A DNA stretch of 64,000 nucleotides from Polyangiaceae bacterium (lineage in GTDB: Bacteria; Myxococcota_A; Polyangia; Polyangiales; Polyangiaceae), in assembly GCA_044376115.1 (NCBI GenBank), contig JBILLK010000005.1:1-64000 (forward strand), written 5' to 3'. Every line of letters starts with the position of its first letter. The stretch's first letter is position 1. Position numbers and translations under genes: made by a program. Below, in pieces: positions 28,263 to 36,238 of this stretch. The notes under the pieces were generated by a model. The model was not told the origin of the DNA. It did no database searches and saw only the letters and a program-made list of their open reading frames with translations.

Positions 28263-30524
28263 TCAGCGAACTGAAGGTACGCCGTGCTCGAAGGTCGCGC
28301 GCTGAAGGACCTCGAGCAGCGTTGATAGCTCTGCGGGCTTTTCCGCGAGCGACTCGATGTGCTTCGACCAACGTCGATCGATCACTTTCCATTTGAGTTC
28401 GGTCAGGCCGTGCTCCTTGAGGATCTCCTTGCGGTGCGCTTCATCCGCCCAGAGCGCCGCGCGGATGTGCGCATACTCCTCCACCGTCAGCCCCTCGATC
28501 TTTGGGCCTGTACCTGGCTTCACTTTGGCTCGGCGGACCTCCGCTTGATTCGGCGGCGCCGTTAGCTCTGGCTTGGGCACCTCGGCGTAGCTCGTCACTT
28601 CCGGGATCACTGCGACTGGCGGGGATGCCGGCGGCGGAGGTGACGCTGTGACGGGAGAGTCGAGCGAGACGGCAGGAAGCTTGGCCGCCATTGCCGGCGG
28701 CGCTGGATCGCCGCTCGCTGCAAAGCGAGCGAGCCCCATCATCGGTCGAGGTGCCTCTTGCGGTGGCACTACGGCTGCCGCTTGGGGAGCAGCAACCACC
28801 GGCGGCGGCGCCACTGTTTCGGGCGCTCGTTGCAGCGACATTCCCATGCCTTTGAGCGCCGAAGGTGAGGCCACCGGCTCGAACGGCGCTGGTGGCGTAA
28901 CCACCGCTGGTGGCGTAACCACCGCTGGTGGCGTAACCACCGCTGGCGGCGTAACCACCGCTGGTATCGGCGGGGTCACCGGCTGAGGCGAGGGACCGGG
29001 CGCAAAGTCTGCCGTGCGTTCAACCCCGAGCGCGGGCGGTGGGGGTGGTGTCGCGCTGGGGGAAGGGCTCGACGAAGAACGAAACGGCGTGGCATCCGTA
29101 GAGAGCGGTGCACGATTGACGGGGGGGCGATTGGTGAGCCATTTCGGCCCCGAAGCCTCCTCCGTGCGCAGGTCGGGGCGCCTCACTTCGACGGTGCCGT
29201 TTGGGTCGGTTGCTGGTCCCCAGGTTGGTGGAGTTGCAACGACCAGGGACGCGAGCGGTGGCAACGGTGGAAGACCGGCCGGGGCGGCGTGCGCGGCGAA
29301 GGGCACCGGCGAATTTGGCGTTGCCGCCATGGCTGGCGGCGCTGGTGCGGCACCCCAGGCGGCGGGCGGAGTGAGCGGCTTGTTGAAGGGCGTCGCAACC
29401 ATCGCCCACTGCGGTAACGCTGGTACGTCCATGGTCATCGTGTCGGAGCGGGCGAGCGGACTCTGTTGCGGAGGCGGGGTAGGCGGCTCCTCGAGATCTT
29501 CATCGCTTACCTCCAACGTCATCGTGTCCTGCGGCGCTAGCGCAACGCCGCCATAGGTTTCGGCGTCGTCGGCGGCATCGACCCCTGCAAATCCTTTGGC
29601 GCCCAGCTGTGCAGCGGGCGGCACCCGAACCTTCTGCGTGATGTGCTCGTCGTCTTGGCTGGGCGTCGCCATCGCCGGGCTCGGTGGTGCTGCAGGCGGC
29701 CGGGCCGGCGCTGGTTGGCCTGGGTGTGCGGCTCCGCGTGGTGGGGGCCCGGGAGTCATCTTCTGCGTGACCGCAGGGCGCCGAAGCGTCGCTGTGGCGT
29801 CGCTACGCTGGGTGGGCGCTGGTTTTCGCTGCGCTGGTTCCAGCACGCGCAGCCGGCTCCAGGTGCGGAGCAGCTCGGGGTTCTCCGATGCGAGCGCTCC
29901 AGTTACGTCGATCACCGCGAGCACTTCGTTATCGACGTTGCCCGAGTAGCTGAAGGTGCCGCGTGCAACGACCTCAATCATCGAGCGACTCGGGTCGATC
30001 AGCAGCGTGTCGATGCGCAAGGCTACTGGAATCAAGTGTGCCCATTGCTCGCGCACGATCAGCGCGGCAGCGGGTGCGGGCGCTGGCAACACACTGCTCA
30101 TGCGGAAGTTTGGCCCGACCATCTCGATCGGTAGGGGTAGACTCGGATGGGCAATTCTCCCGTCGGCGGGAGCGCACGAGCTAGCCCATTGCCGATCCAA
30201 CTGCACGGCGGGCCCAAGCACACGTGGGTTGGCGGCGCGCCGCTCGAAGGCTCCAACTCGTAAGCTGGTTGGTCCGGAGGCGAGCAACACCGGCCCCACG
30301 AACACCACATCGCAGGCGAGCTTGGCCTCGCCGAAGTCGGTTGGGTAAATGAGCCTGCCGCCCTCGCGTTGGGCTTCACGGAGACTCTCCTGGACGGGGG
30401 CTAGCCGAGCGTAAGCGCCGTGTTGAAAGACGTAGGTCGTCTTCAGCACGAGGGTATGTTCGGCGGGTCGCAATTGGGACCGGTAGAGCCCGATCGGCAG
30501 TGCAACTCGAACGAGAGCGTCCAC
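28263..30524 (-). CDS. DUF2169-like N-terminal domain protein with a long Pro-rich linker
   Basis: VLKTTY...LAPVQ...IYPTDF...K...DVVFVG and LRIDTLLID motifs; C-terminal LTVEEYA.IRA helical module; start chosen to avoid overlap with purN. Confidence 0.7.
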   Translation of the reverse strand: MDALVRVALPIGLYRSQLRPAEHTLVLKTTYVFQHGAYARLAPVQESLREAQREGGRLIYPTDFGEAKLACDVVFVGPVLLASGPTSLRVGAFERRAANPRVLGPAVQLDRQWASSCAPADGRIAHPSLPLPIEMVGPNFRMSSVLPAPAPAAALIVREQWAHLIPVALRIDTLLIDPSRSMIEVVARGTFSYSGNVDNEVLAVIDVTGALASENPELLRTWSRLRVLEPAQRKPAPTQRSDATATLRRPAVTQKMTPGPPPRGAAHPGQPAPARPPAAPPSPAMATPSQDDEHITQKVRVPPAAQLGAKGFAGVDAADDAETYGGVALAPQDTMTLEVSDEDLEEPPTPPPQQSPLARSDTMTMDVPALPQWAMVATPFNKPLTPPAAWGAAPAPPAMAATPNSPVPFAAHAAPAGLPPLPPLASLVVATPPTWGPATDPNGTVEVRRPDLRTEEASGPKWLTNRPPVNRAPLSTDATPFRSSSSPSPSATPPPPPALGVERTADFAPGPSPQPVTPPIPAVVTPPAVVTPPAVVTPPAVVTPPAPFEPVASPSALKGMGMSLQRAPETVAPPPVVAAPQAAAVVPPQEAPRPMMGLARFAASGDPAPPAMAAKLPAVSLDSPVTASPPPPASPPVAVIPEVTSYAEVPKPELTAPPNQAEVRRAKVKPGTGPKIEGLTVEEYAHIRAALWADEAHRKEILKEHGLTELKWKVIDRRWSKHIESLAEKPAELSTLLEVLQRATFEHGVPSVR
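28887..28964. repeat. 18-bp coding tandem repeat x4 (VVTPPA)
   Basis: CGCTGGYGGCGTAACCAC units. Confidence 0.9.
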
Positions 30525-30609
30525 GGACCAAACAATACGCTGGGGATGCGCAGGTCCGCTAAGGTAAATCCGCTTGGAGAATGATTGTGGACGCAGGAAG
30601 ACCGTGCCG

Positions 30610-31245
30610 ATGAAACCCGAGCCTGAACCGCTGCTGAAGCTCGGAGTGCTGATTTCTGGCTCCGGAACCAACCTGGGCGCGATTCTGAGCGCGATCGAAG
30701 CTGGCCGACTTGCGGCGCGCGTGGAGCTCGTGATCTCCAATCGCGCGGACGCGTTCGGGCTCGAGCGTGCGGCAAAGGCGGGCGTGGCTACAAAGATCTT
30801 GCCTCACCGTGAATTCGGCTCGCGTGAGCTCTTCGATCAGGCGCTGGTCGCCGCGCTGCAGGGCGCTGGCGTCGAGTGGGTCGTTTTGGCTGGCTTCATG
30901 CGCGTGGTTACTTCGGTATTGCTGGATGCCTTCCCCGACCGTGTGCTCAACGTGCATCCAGCGTTGCTCCCTTCCTTTCCCGGCGTTGATGCCCAAGCTC
31001 AAGCGCTGGCGTACGGCGTTTCGTGGACGGGCTGCACGGTGCACTTCGTCGACAGCGGCGTGGATACAGGGCCAGTGATCGTGCAGAAGGTCGTGCCGGT
31101 GCTCGCCGACGATGATCGCGAAACGCTCGCGAAACGCATCTTGGTGGAGGAGCATCAGGCGTTGGTCGAGGCGCTCGGGTTGATCGCCGCCGGCCGCATC
31201 GAGGTCGAGCCAGGGCCTCGGCGCCGCGTACGAGTGCGCTCATGA
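30610..31245 (+). CDS. purN: Phosphoribosylglycinamide formyltransferase
   Basis: GVLISGSGTNL, LAGFMR, NVHPALLPSFPG and GCTVHFVDSGVDTGP motifs. Confidence 0.97.
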   Translation: MKPEPEPLLKLGVLISGSGTNLGAILSAIEAGRLAARVELVISNRADAFGLERAAKAGVATKILPHREFGSRELFDQALVAALQGAGVEWVVLAGFMRVVTSVLLDAFPDRVLNVHPALLPSFPGVDAQAQALAYGVSWTGCTVHFVDSGVDTGPVIVQKVVPVLADDDRETLAKRILVEEHQALVEALGLIAAGRIEVEPGPRRRVRVRS

Positions 31246-32768
31246 GGCGCCACTACGATGTGATCGTGCTTGGTCGATCGATCGGCGCCCTCACGGCTGC
31301 CGCGATCCTCGCGCGTCGTGATTTCACCGTGCTCGTGCTCGGCAACGGCTCACCAGCGCCCAACTACAACATCGGCGAATTCTTGCTTCATCGCCGAGCT
31401 TTTTCGCTGCTTGGGGCCACCAGCCCGTGTTGGACGCGGGTGATTTCGGAGCTAGCGCAATCGCAGACGTGGCGGCGCCGGCTCGTGCCCTCGGAGCCGG
31501 CGTTGCAAGCTCTTTCACCGGGCTTTCGCGTGGACCTGGCGAATGAAGAGGCGCTCTTTGCGCGCGAGATCGATCGCGAGTTTCCCGAGCTCTACCACGT
31601 CGTACAGCAGCTCTATCAACAGCTGGATGCGGTCAATCAAGCCGCGGACGAGGCCTTCGACAAGGACGCCATGTGGCCGCCCGGCACCTTCTGGGAGCGT
31701 CGGGAGACGGGCAAGCACGCAGCGCGTCTGCCCTACGTCCATGCTGAGCCCGACGCCGATCTGCTCGCGGAGTTTCCGCGCGGTCATTTCTATCGCCGCC
31801 TGGTACGTAACTCGGTGGTCTTCGCGACGAACTTCTCGGCCTTGCCCCCGCCATTCGCGGTGGCTCGTCTGCACGGCGCTTGGCGGAGAAACAGCGCGCG
31901 GCTCGCCGAAGGGGAGGCTGAACTCGAGAGCTTCTTGGTCGAGCGCATCGAGAACCACGGCGGCCAATGCAGGCTCTCCGACAAGGCCACCGCCATTCAC
32001 TTGCGTCGCGGCGTCGCGGCCGGAGTTATTCTCGACGGCGATGATCAGCCCACCGGCTGCGAGTTCGTCCTGACCGATCTCGACGGCGAGTCGGTCGCTA
32101 CGCTCGCGGGGGGCCAAGGCATTCACAAGGGCGCATTGCGCGAGTGGCCGCGCATCACGTCGACGGTCGGTCGCTTTGCCGTTTCGATCGTCGTGCGCAG
32201 TGAAGGCTTGCCCACGCCGCTCGGGCGGGGCGCGCTTTTGTTCGTGGATCCCAACCTCTACCCACGTGGCTTTCCGCAGGTGTTGCACCTATCGCGCACC
32301 TCGAGGGCGAGCGGTATCTCAGTCTTGGTCGGGGAGATCATGTTGCCGGATCACGGGCCGCTCGGCCTCCCCGATGCTCGCCGCTTCGTGCTCGAGTCGG
32401 TGCTGCGCGAGTTCCCATTCTTGGACCGCCATCTGTTGATGGTGGACTCGGTCAATGACGGTCTTCCCGCCTGGAGCTTCGAGCGTGGAGCGATGCGCGA
32501 GGTCCACCGGCGCGACGTCGCGCTCCCGCAAATCGAGCCAATGGTGCGTCAACTCGAGGTGGACCCTCCGGGCTATCTCGGCTTCGGCGGCGAACCGATT
32601 CGTGGCCCGATCGAGCGTACGCTGCTCTTGGGTCGCAGCGTGCTGCCCGGACTTGGGCAGGAGGGCGAGCTGCTCGCGGCCTGGGGGGCTGCTCGTTTGG
32701 TAACCCGCTCGGATCGCCGCAAGGCGCTGATGCGAAGGGATACCTGGACCAAAATGGAGATCGGCTAG
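31242..32768 (+). CDS. FAD-dependent oxidoreductase, phytoene-dehydrogenase-like (divergent)
   Basis: N-terminal YDVIVLGRSIGAL Rossmann-like motif; C-terminal VLPGLGQEG; ATGA overlap with purN. Confidence 0.7.
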   Translation: MRRHYDVIVLGRSIGALTAAAILARRDFTVLVLGNGSPAPNYNIGEFLLHRRAFSLLGATSPCWTRVISELAQSQTWRRRLVPSEPALQALSPGFRVDLANEEALFAREIDREFPELYHVVQQLYQQLDAVNQAADEAFDKDAMWPPGTFWERRETGKHAARLPYVHAEPDADLLAEFPRGHFYRRLVRNSVVFATNFSALPPPFAVARLHGAWRRNSARLAEGEAELESFLVERIENHGGQCRLSDKATAIHLRRGVAAGVILDGDDQPTGCEFVLTDLDGESVATLAGGQGIHKGALREWPRITSTVGRFAVSIVVRSEGLPTPLGRGALLFVDPNLYPRGFPQVLHLSRTSRASGISVLVGEIMLPDHGPLGLPDARRFVLESVLREFPFLDRHLLMVDSVNDGLPAWSFERGAMREVHRRDVALPQIEPMVRQLEVDPPGYLGFGGEPIRGPIERTLLLGRSVLPGLGQEGELLAAWGAARLVTRSDRRKALMRRDTWTKMEIG

Positions 32769-32821
32769 GTGAACAGTGCGTGCCTTGATCTGCTGGTTGC
32801 CCGCGAACCGCTCGGCGCATT

Positions 32822-33985
32822 ATGGTTGTAGCGATGCGCGAACTTCGTACAGCGGCCTTCATCGCTACCTCCGCGATCCTCTTCGCTGTGCCCGGCTTGG
32901 CCTCGGCGGCTGAGTGGCCGGTGGCGGTATTGACGGTGCAGACCGACGATGCCTTCGAGCATGCCGACTCGTTCTCGGCGTCGTTGCGTCGCGCCATCGA
33001 AGATGAGCCAGGCTGGCGCACGGCGCAGCTCGACAAGGACTACGCTCTCTTGGTGTTGGCCAGCACGCTTGAATGTGCGGATCCGCCCGACGCCGCTTGT
33101 GAGGAGAAGATCGCGAAAGAGCTCAAGGTCGAGCGCTTCGTCTGGGGCCAAATGAAGCTCGACGGCACAGACGTGAGCGGCGCTCTTCACTACTGGGTTA
33201 GCGGGGAACCGTCGAAGGTCGTGCCCTTTCGCTATTCAGCGAACTTGAAGACCTCCGGGGATGACACCCTGGTGGAGATCGCGAAGAAGACCTTCCAAAA
33301 TCTGGTGGGCGGCGTGCCGCCCGCGACGCTCGAGCTGACTGTCGGTACCCTGGATGCAACGGTGATCGCCAACGGTCAGGAAGTTGGAAAGCTGAAGGGC
33401 GGAAAAGGCTCGGTGCAAGTGCCTGCCGGGTCGGTCAAGTTGACCATCCGCGCCGCTGGCCACAACGACAATGAGTCGACGCTCAAGTTGGAGCCACGTG
33501 AGAAGCGTGAGCTTAGCTTCACGCTCACGCCGCGTGGAGCCGAGGCCAATGTGCAGGCCATCCTGGGCGGTACGGCCTTGGGTCTGGGGGCGGTCGCTGC
33601 GGGCTTGGCCACCTGGGGCGGTATCCGAGCGCTCGGTCTCAAGGGGGATGAAGGTGAAACCGCGCGTGCACAAATTCAGCTCGCGCCGGAAGGCTCTGAA
33701 GAGGGCTTCAACGGCTGTGAGACCAGCGGCGGTCAATACATCCACCTCAAGGGCGGCGGGGATGAGGAGCTGCTGCGGTCCTTCTGCGAGGACGTCTCGC
33801 TTGCAGAGACGCTGCAAGTCGCGCTCTGGCCAACTGCGGCGGTGCTCGGCGGTCTTGGCATCGTGCTGCTCGCTACGGCCGACTACGGTGACGCCGAGGC
33901 GGCGGTCGCGTCCTTGCCGTTCACCATCCTGCCCTCGGTGAGTGACAGCGGTGTCTTCGTCTCGCTACAAGGGCGGCTCGATTAG
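32822..33985 (+). CDS. Secreted PEGA-like domain protein with C-terminal hydrophobic/beta segment
   Basis: Signal peptide; ATV..NG...G...VPAGSVKLTIRAAGH PEGA-like repeat. Confidence 0.65.
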   Translation: MVVAMRELRTAAFIATSAILFAVPGLASAAEWPVAVLTVQTDDAFEHADSFSASLRRAIEDEPGWRTAQLDKDYALLVLASTLECADPPDAACEEKIAKELKVERFVWGQMKLDGTDVSGALHYWVSGEPSKVVPFRYSANLKTSGDDTLVEIAKKTFQNLVGGVPPATLELTVGTLDATVIANGQEVGKLKGGKGSVQVPAGSVKLTIRAAGHNDNESTLKLEPREKRELSFTLTPRGAEANVQAILGGTALGLGAVAAGLATWGGIRALGLKGDEGETARAQIQLAPEGSEEGFNGCETSGGQYIHLKGGGDEELLRSFCEDVSLAETLQVALWPTAAVLGGLGIVLLATADYGDAEAAVASLPFTILPSVSDSGVFVSLQGRLD

Positions 33986-34047
33986 TGTGCCTGCGCTACG
34001 CCAAGCGCACATCGCTTTCACCACACAATTTGGCGGCCCATAGGCAG

Positions 34048-34065
34048 CGTCACTCTCGAGTGACG
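34048..34065. terminator. Hairpin between convergent genes
   Basis: CGTCACTC-TC-GAGTGACG perfect stem; no clear U-tract. Confidence 0.4.
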
Positions 34066-34067
34066 GG

Positions 34068-34253
34068 CTATTGGTTGCCTCGAGCGTCGCCTGAAGCAGG
34101 GCGGCCGAGGTCGCGTCCAGCTGCTTCGCTGCGCGCTGAAGCCATCGTGATGACTGGCGTGCCGTCTCGAGCAGTCGCGCGCACTCTACCGGCGAGCTGA
34201 GGAACCCATCGGTTCGCGCCGTCGGGCTCCGCGTCTTTGGCGGTCTGCTTCAC
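34068..34253 (-). CDS. Possible small protein (61 aa)
   Basis: GGAGG-N4-GTG immediately after the kinase stop; ends at the hairpin; no recognisable domain. Confidence 0.35.
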   Translation of the reverse strand: MKQTAKDAEPDGANRWVPQLAGRVRATARDGTPVITMASARSEAAGRDLGRPASGDARGNQ

Positions 34254-34263
34254 GTTGCCTCCG

Positions 34264-36237
34264 TCAGCGCTTGAGCGCCGATGCACAGCGGAAGCCTATC
34301 GTCGGCCGCGCTTCGCTCGGAGTAACGGCCTCGCGGTGAGCGGCGCTCAAGGGAGGTTTGCCTCCCGACGTCAGCAGCAGGCCGCCGAAGCTCCCTCCAC
34401 GAACCACGCGCTTGTCGCCTGTGGAAGGGCCTTTGGGGTTGAGCTTCTCTTCCTCCGTGTAGCTCGCGAAGAAGTCCGCTTGCCACTCGGCCACGTTGCC
34501 GATCAGGTCGTGCACGCCCTCGCGGGAGACTCCGCTGGGAAAGGAACCAATCGGAGCTGTGTCGGCAAAACCATCGGTGCCATCGAGATTGGCGCGGCTC
34601 ACGTCGGCTTCATCGCCCCACGGAAGTTGGCTCCCACGGGTGGCTGCATGCTCAAACTCGGCCTCGCTCGGCAGCCGCCCACCGCGCCAGGCGCAAAACG
34701 TGTTGGCTTCCTCCCAGGTGACGCAGTTCATCGGCTGATTGGCCGCCGCCTCGAAGTTGCAACGACCGGGCGGTGGCGCGCTTTTGAGCTTGGGGGCTTG
34801 GCAGCCGGAAGCGGCCACACACTCACGGTAACGCTCGACCGAGATTTCATGGCGATCGAGGCAGTGGGCATCGACGTTGACGCGATGGCTCGGAGCTGCG
34901 CCGCGCACCCCGGGCGCATCCGAGCCCATGGTGAAGCTTCCGCCGGGGATGAGGGCGGAGTCGGGCGGACACAGCGCTGGTGTCGTGAGCGGTGTCGATG
35001 CCGAGGCTCCAGCCGAAGCTGCGCTGGGCGCAGTGGTCGTGCTCGCCCCGCCACTGGGCGCGGGTTGTGGCGAACTCGCAGCGCCGGGCACCGTCTCACT
35101 CGACCGGCTCTTCTGAAACGCGCTGACCGCCACGATGCTGAGCCCAATCACCACCGCTCCTGCGACCACCAGCGTGGCCACGGGCAGCTTCTTGGCGTCG
35201 TTTGCCGTCGCGCCGGCGGTGCCACTCGGTTTCGCCAACGCTGGGCTCGGCTGCTCCGAGGCGGCCGGGCGCACCGAGGCTGGGCGAACTGCGCCCTGCG
35301 GCAGCAACAACGTCGGTACCAGGTGTTGGAAGGCCGCCCCGCGCAAGGCCGACCAAAACTCCGACATGCTCTCGTAACGAAGATTCGACGGTACCGCGAG
35401 CGCTCGCTGAAAGACTGCTTCCACCGCAGCCGATACATCGAGCTTCAGGAAGTGAGGCGTTGGTCGTTGCTCTTCATCGCAGCTCTGTTTCGCGAGCTCC
35501 ATGTAGTCATCGCCTTGGAACGCACGCTGCCCGCCGCGCATCACCTCGAGCACCACCAGCGCCATCCCGAACACGTCGGTCCAGGGGCCGGTCTCACCAA
35601 ACGTTTTGCTGAATTGCTCGGGCGCGCCGTAGTGCGGTGTGAACGCGGTGGCCGAAGTTCCGGTGTGGTGAAGCCCCGCGAACTTGCGCTCCATCACTTT
35701 CGCGATGCCGAAGTCGAGCAGCTTGATCCGTTGCCCCGCGCCGTCCTCGACGACGAGCATGTTCTCCGGCTTGACGTCGCGATGAACCACGTTGCGCGTA
35801 TGCGCGAGGGAGAGCGCCTCGGCGACTGGCTCCAGCAGGTTGATCGCCTCGCCTAGGTTGCGCGGGGGTTTACCGGCGTTGGTCTCCCCGACCAGCACCT
35901 CATCCAGCGATCGTCCAGGCAACCACTCGAGCACAAGATAGGGAATGGGCGGCCCGCTCTCGCGAAATACGCCGAAATCGCGCGCTTGGACGATCGCGCT
36001 CGTGCGCGCCGAGAGCTCCGAAATCAGCCGGCCTTCCTGCAGGAAGTCAGCAAGGATTGCATCGTGCAGCGCGCTGTCTTCATTGCACAGCGTGTAAAGA
36101 AACTTGAGCGCGACAGGGCCCACCTGCAAATGTTCGGCGCGGTAGACGAAGGCCGAGCCTCCTTCGCCAACGAGCGCCTCTACCCGGTAACGATTCTCCA
36201 GCACCTTGCCTATGAGATTGAGGGGATCGCGCGTCAT
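34264..36237 (-). CDS. Ser/Thr protein kinase with TM and formylglycine-generating-enzyme (SUMF1/FGE) domain
   Basis: HRDVKPEN, DFG, APE; GRLPSEAEFE, GNVAEW, RGGSF and IGFRCA motifs. Confidence 0.92.
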   Translation of the reverse strand: MTRDPLNLIGKVLENRYRVEALVGEGGSAFVYRAEHLQVGPVALKFLYTLCNEDSALHDAILADFLQEGRLISELSARTSAIVQARDFGVFRESGPPIPYLVLEWLPGRSLDEVLVGETNAGKPPRNLGEAINLLEPVAEALSLAHTRNVVHRDVKPENMLVVEDGAGQRIKLLDFGIAKVMERKFAGLHHTGTSATAFTPHYGAPEQFSKTFGETGPWTDVFGMALVVLEVMRGGQRAFQGDDYMELAKQSCDEEQRPTPHFLKLDVSAAVEAVFQRALAVPSNLRYESMSEFWSALRGAAFQHLVPTLLLPQGAVRPASVRPAASEQPSPALAKPSGTAGATANDAKKLPVATLVVAGAVVIGLSIVAVSAFQKSRSSETVPGAASSPQPAPSGGASTTTAPSAASAGASASTPLTTPALCPPDSALIPGGSFTMGSDAPGVRGAAPSHRVNVDAHCLDRHEISVERYRECVAASGCQAPKLKSAPPPGRCNFEAAANQPMNCVTWEEANTFCAWRGGRLPSEAEFEHAATRGSQLPWGDEADVSRANLDGTDGFADTAPIGSFPSGVSREGVHDLIGNVAEWQADFFASYTEEEKLNPKGPSTGDKRVVRGGSFGGLLLTSGGKPPLSAAHREAVTPSEARPTIGFRCASALKR

Positions 36238-36238
36238 T

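Noticed and set aside
28263..30524. Type VI secretion cluster suggested by DUF2169
   Set aside because: No vgrG, PAAR, hcp or tss genes are recognisable in the window.
1832..32768. Terpenoid/hopanoid gene cluster (cyclase, radical SAM, phytoene-dehydrogenase-like)
   Set aside because: The genes are more than 20 kb apart and embedded among unrelated housekeeping genes; no operon linkage.
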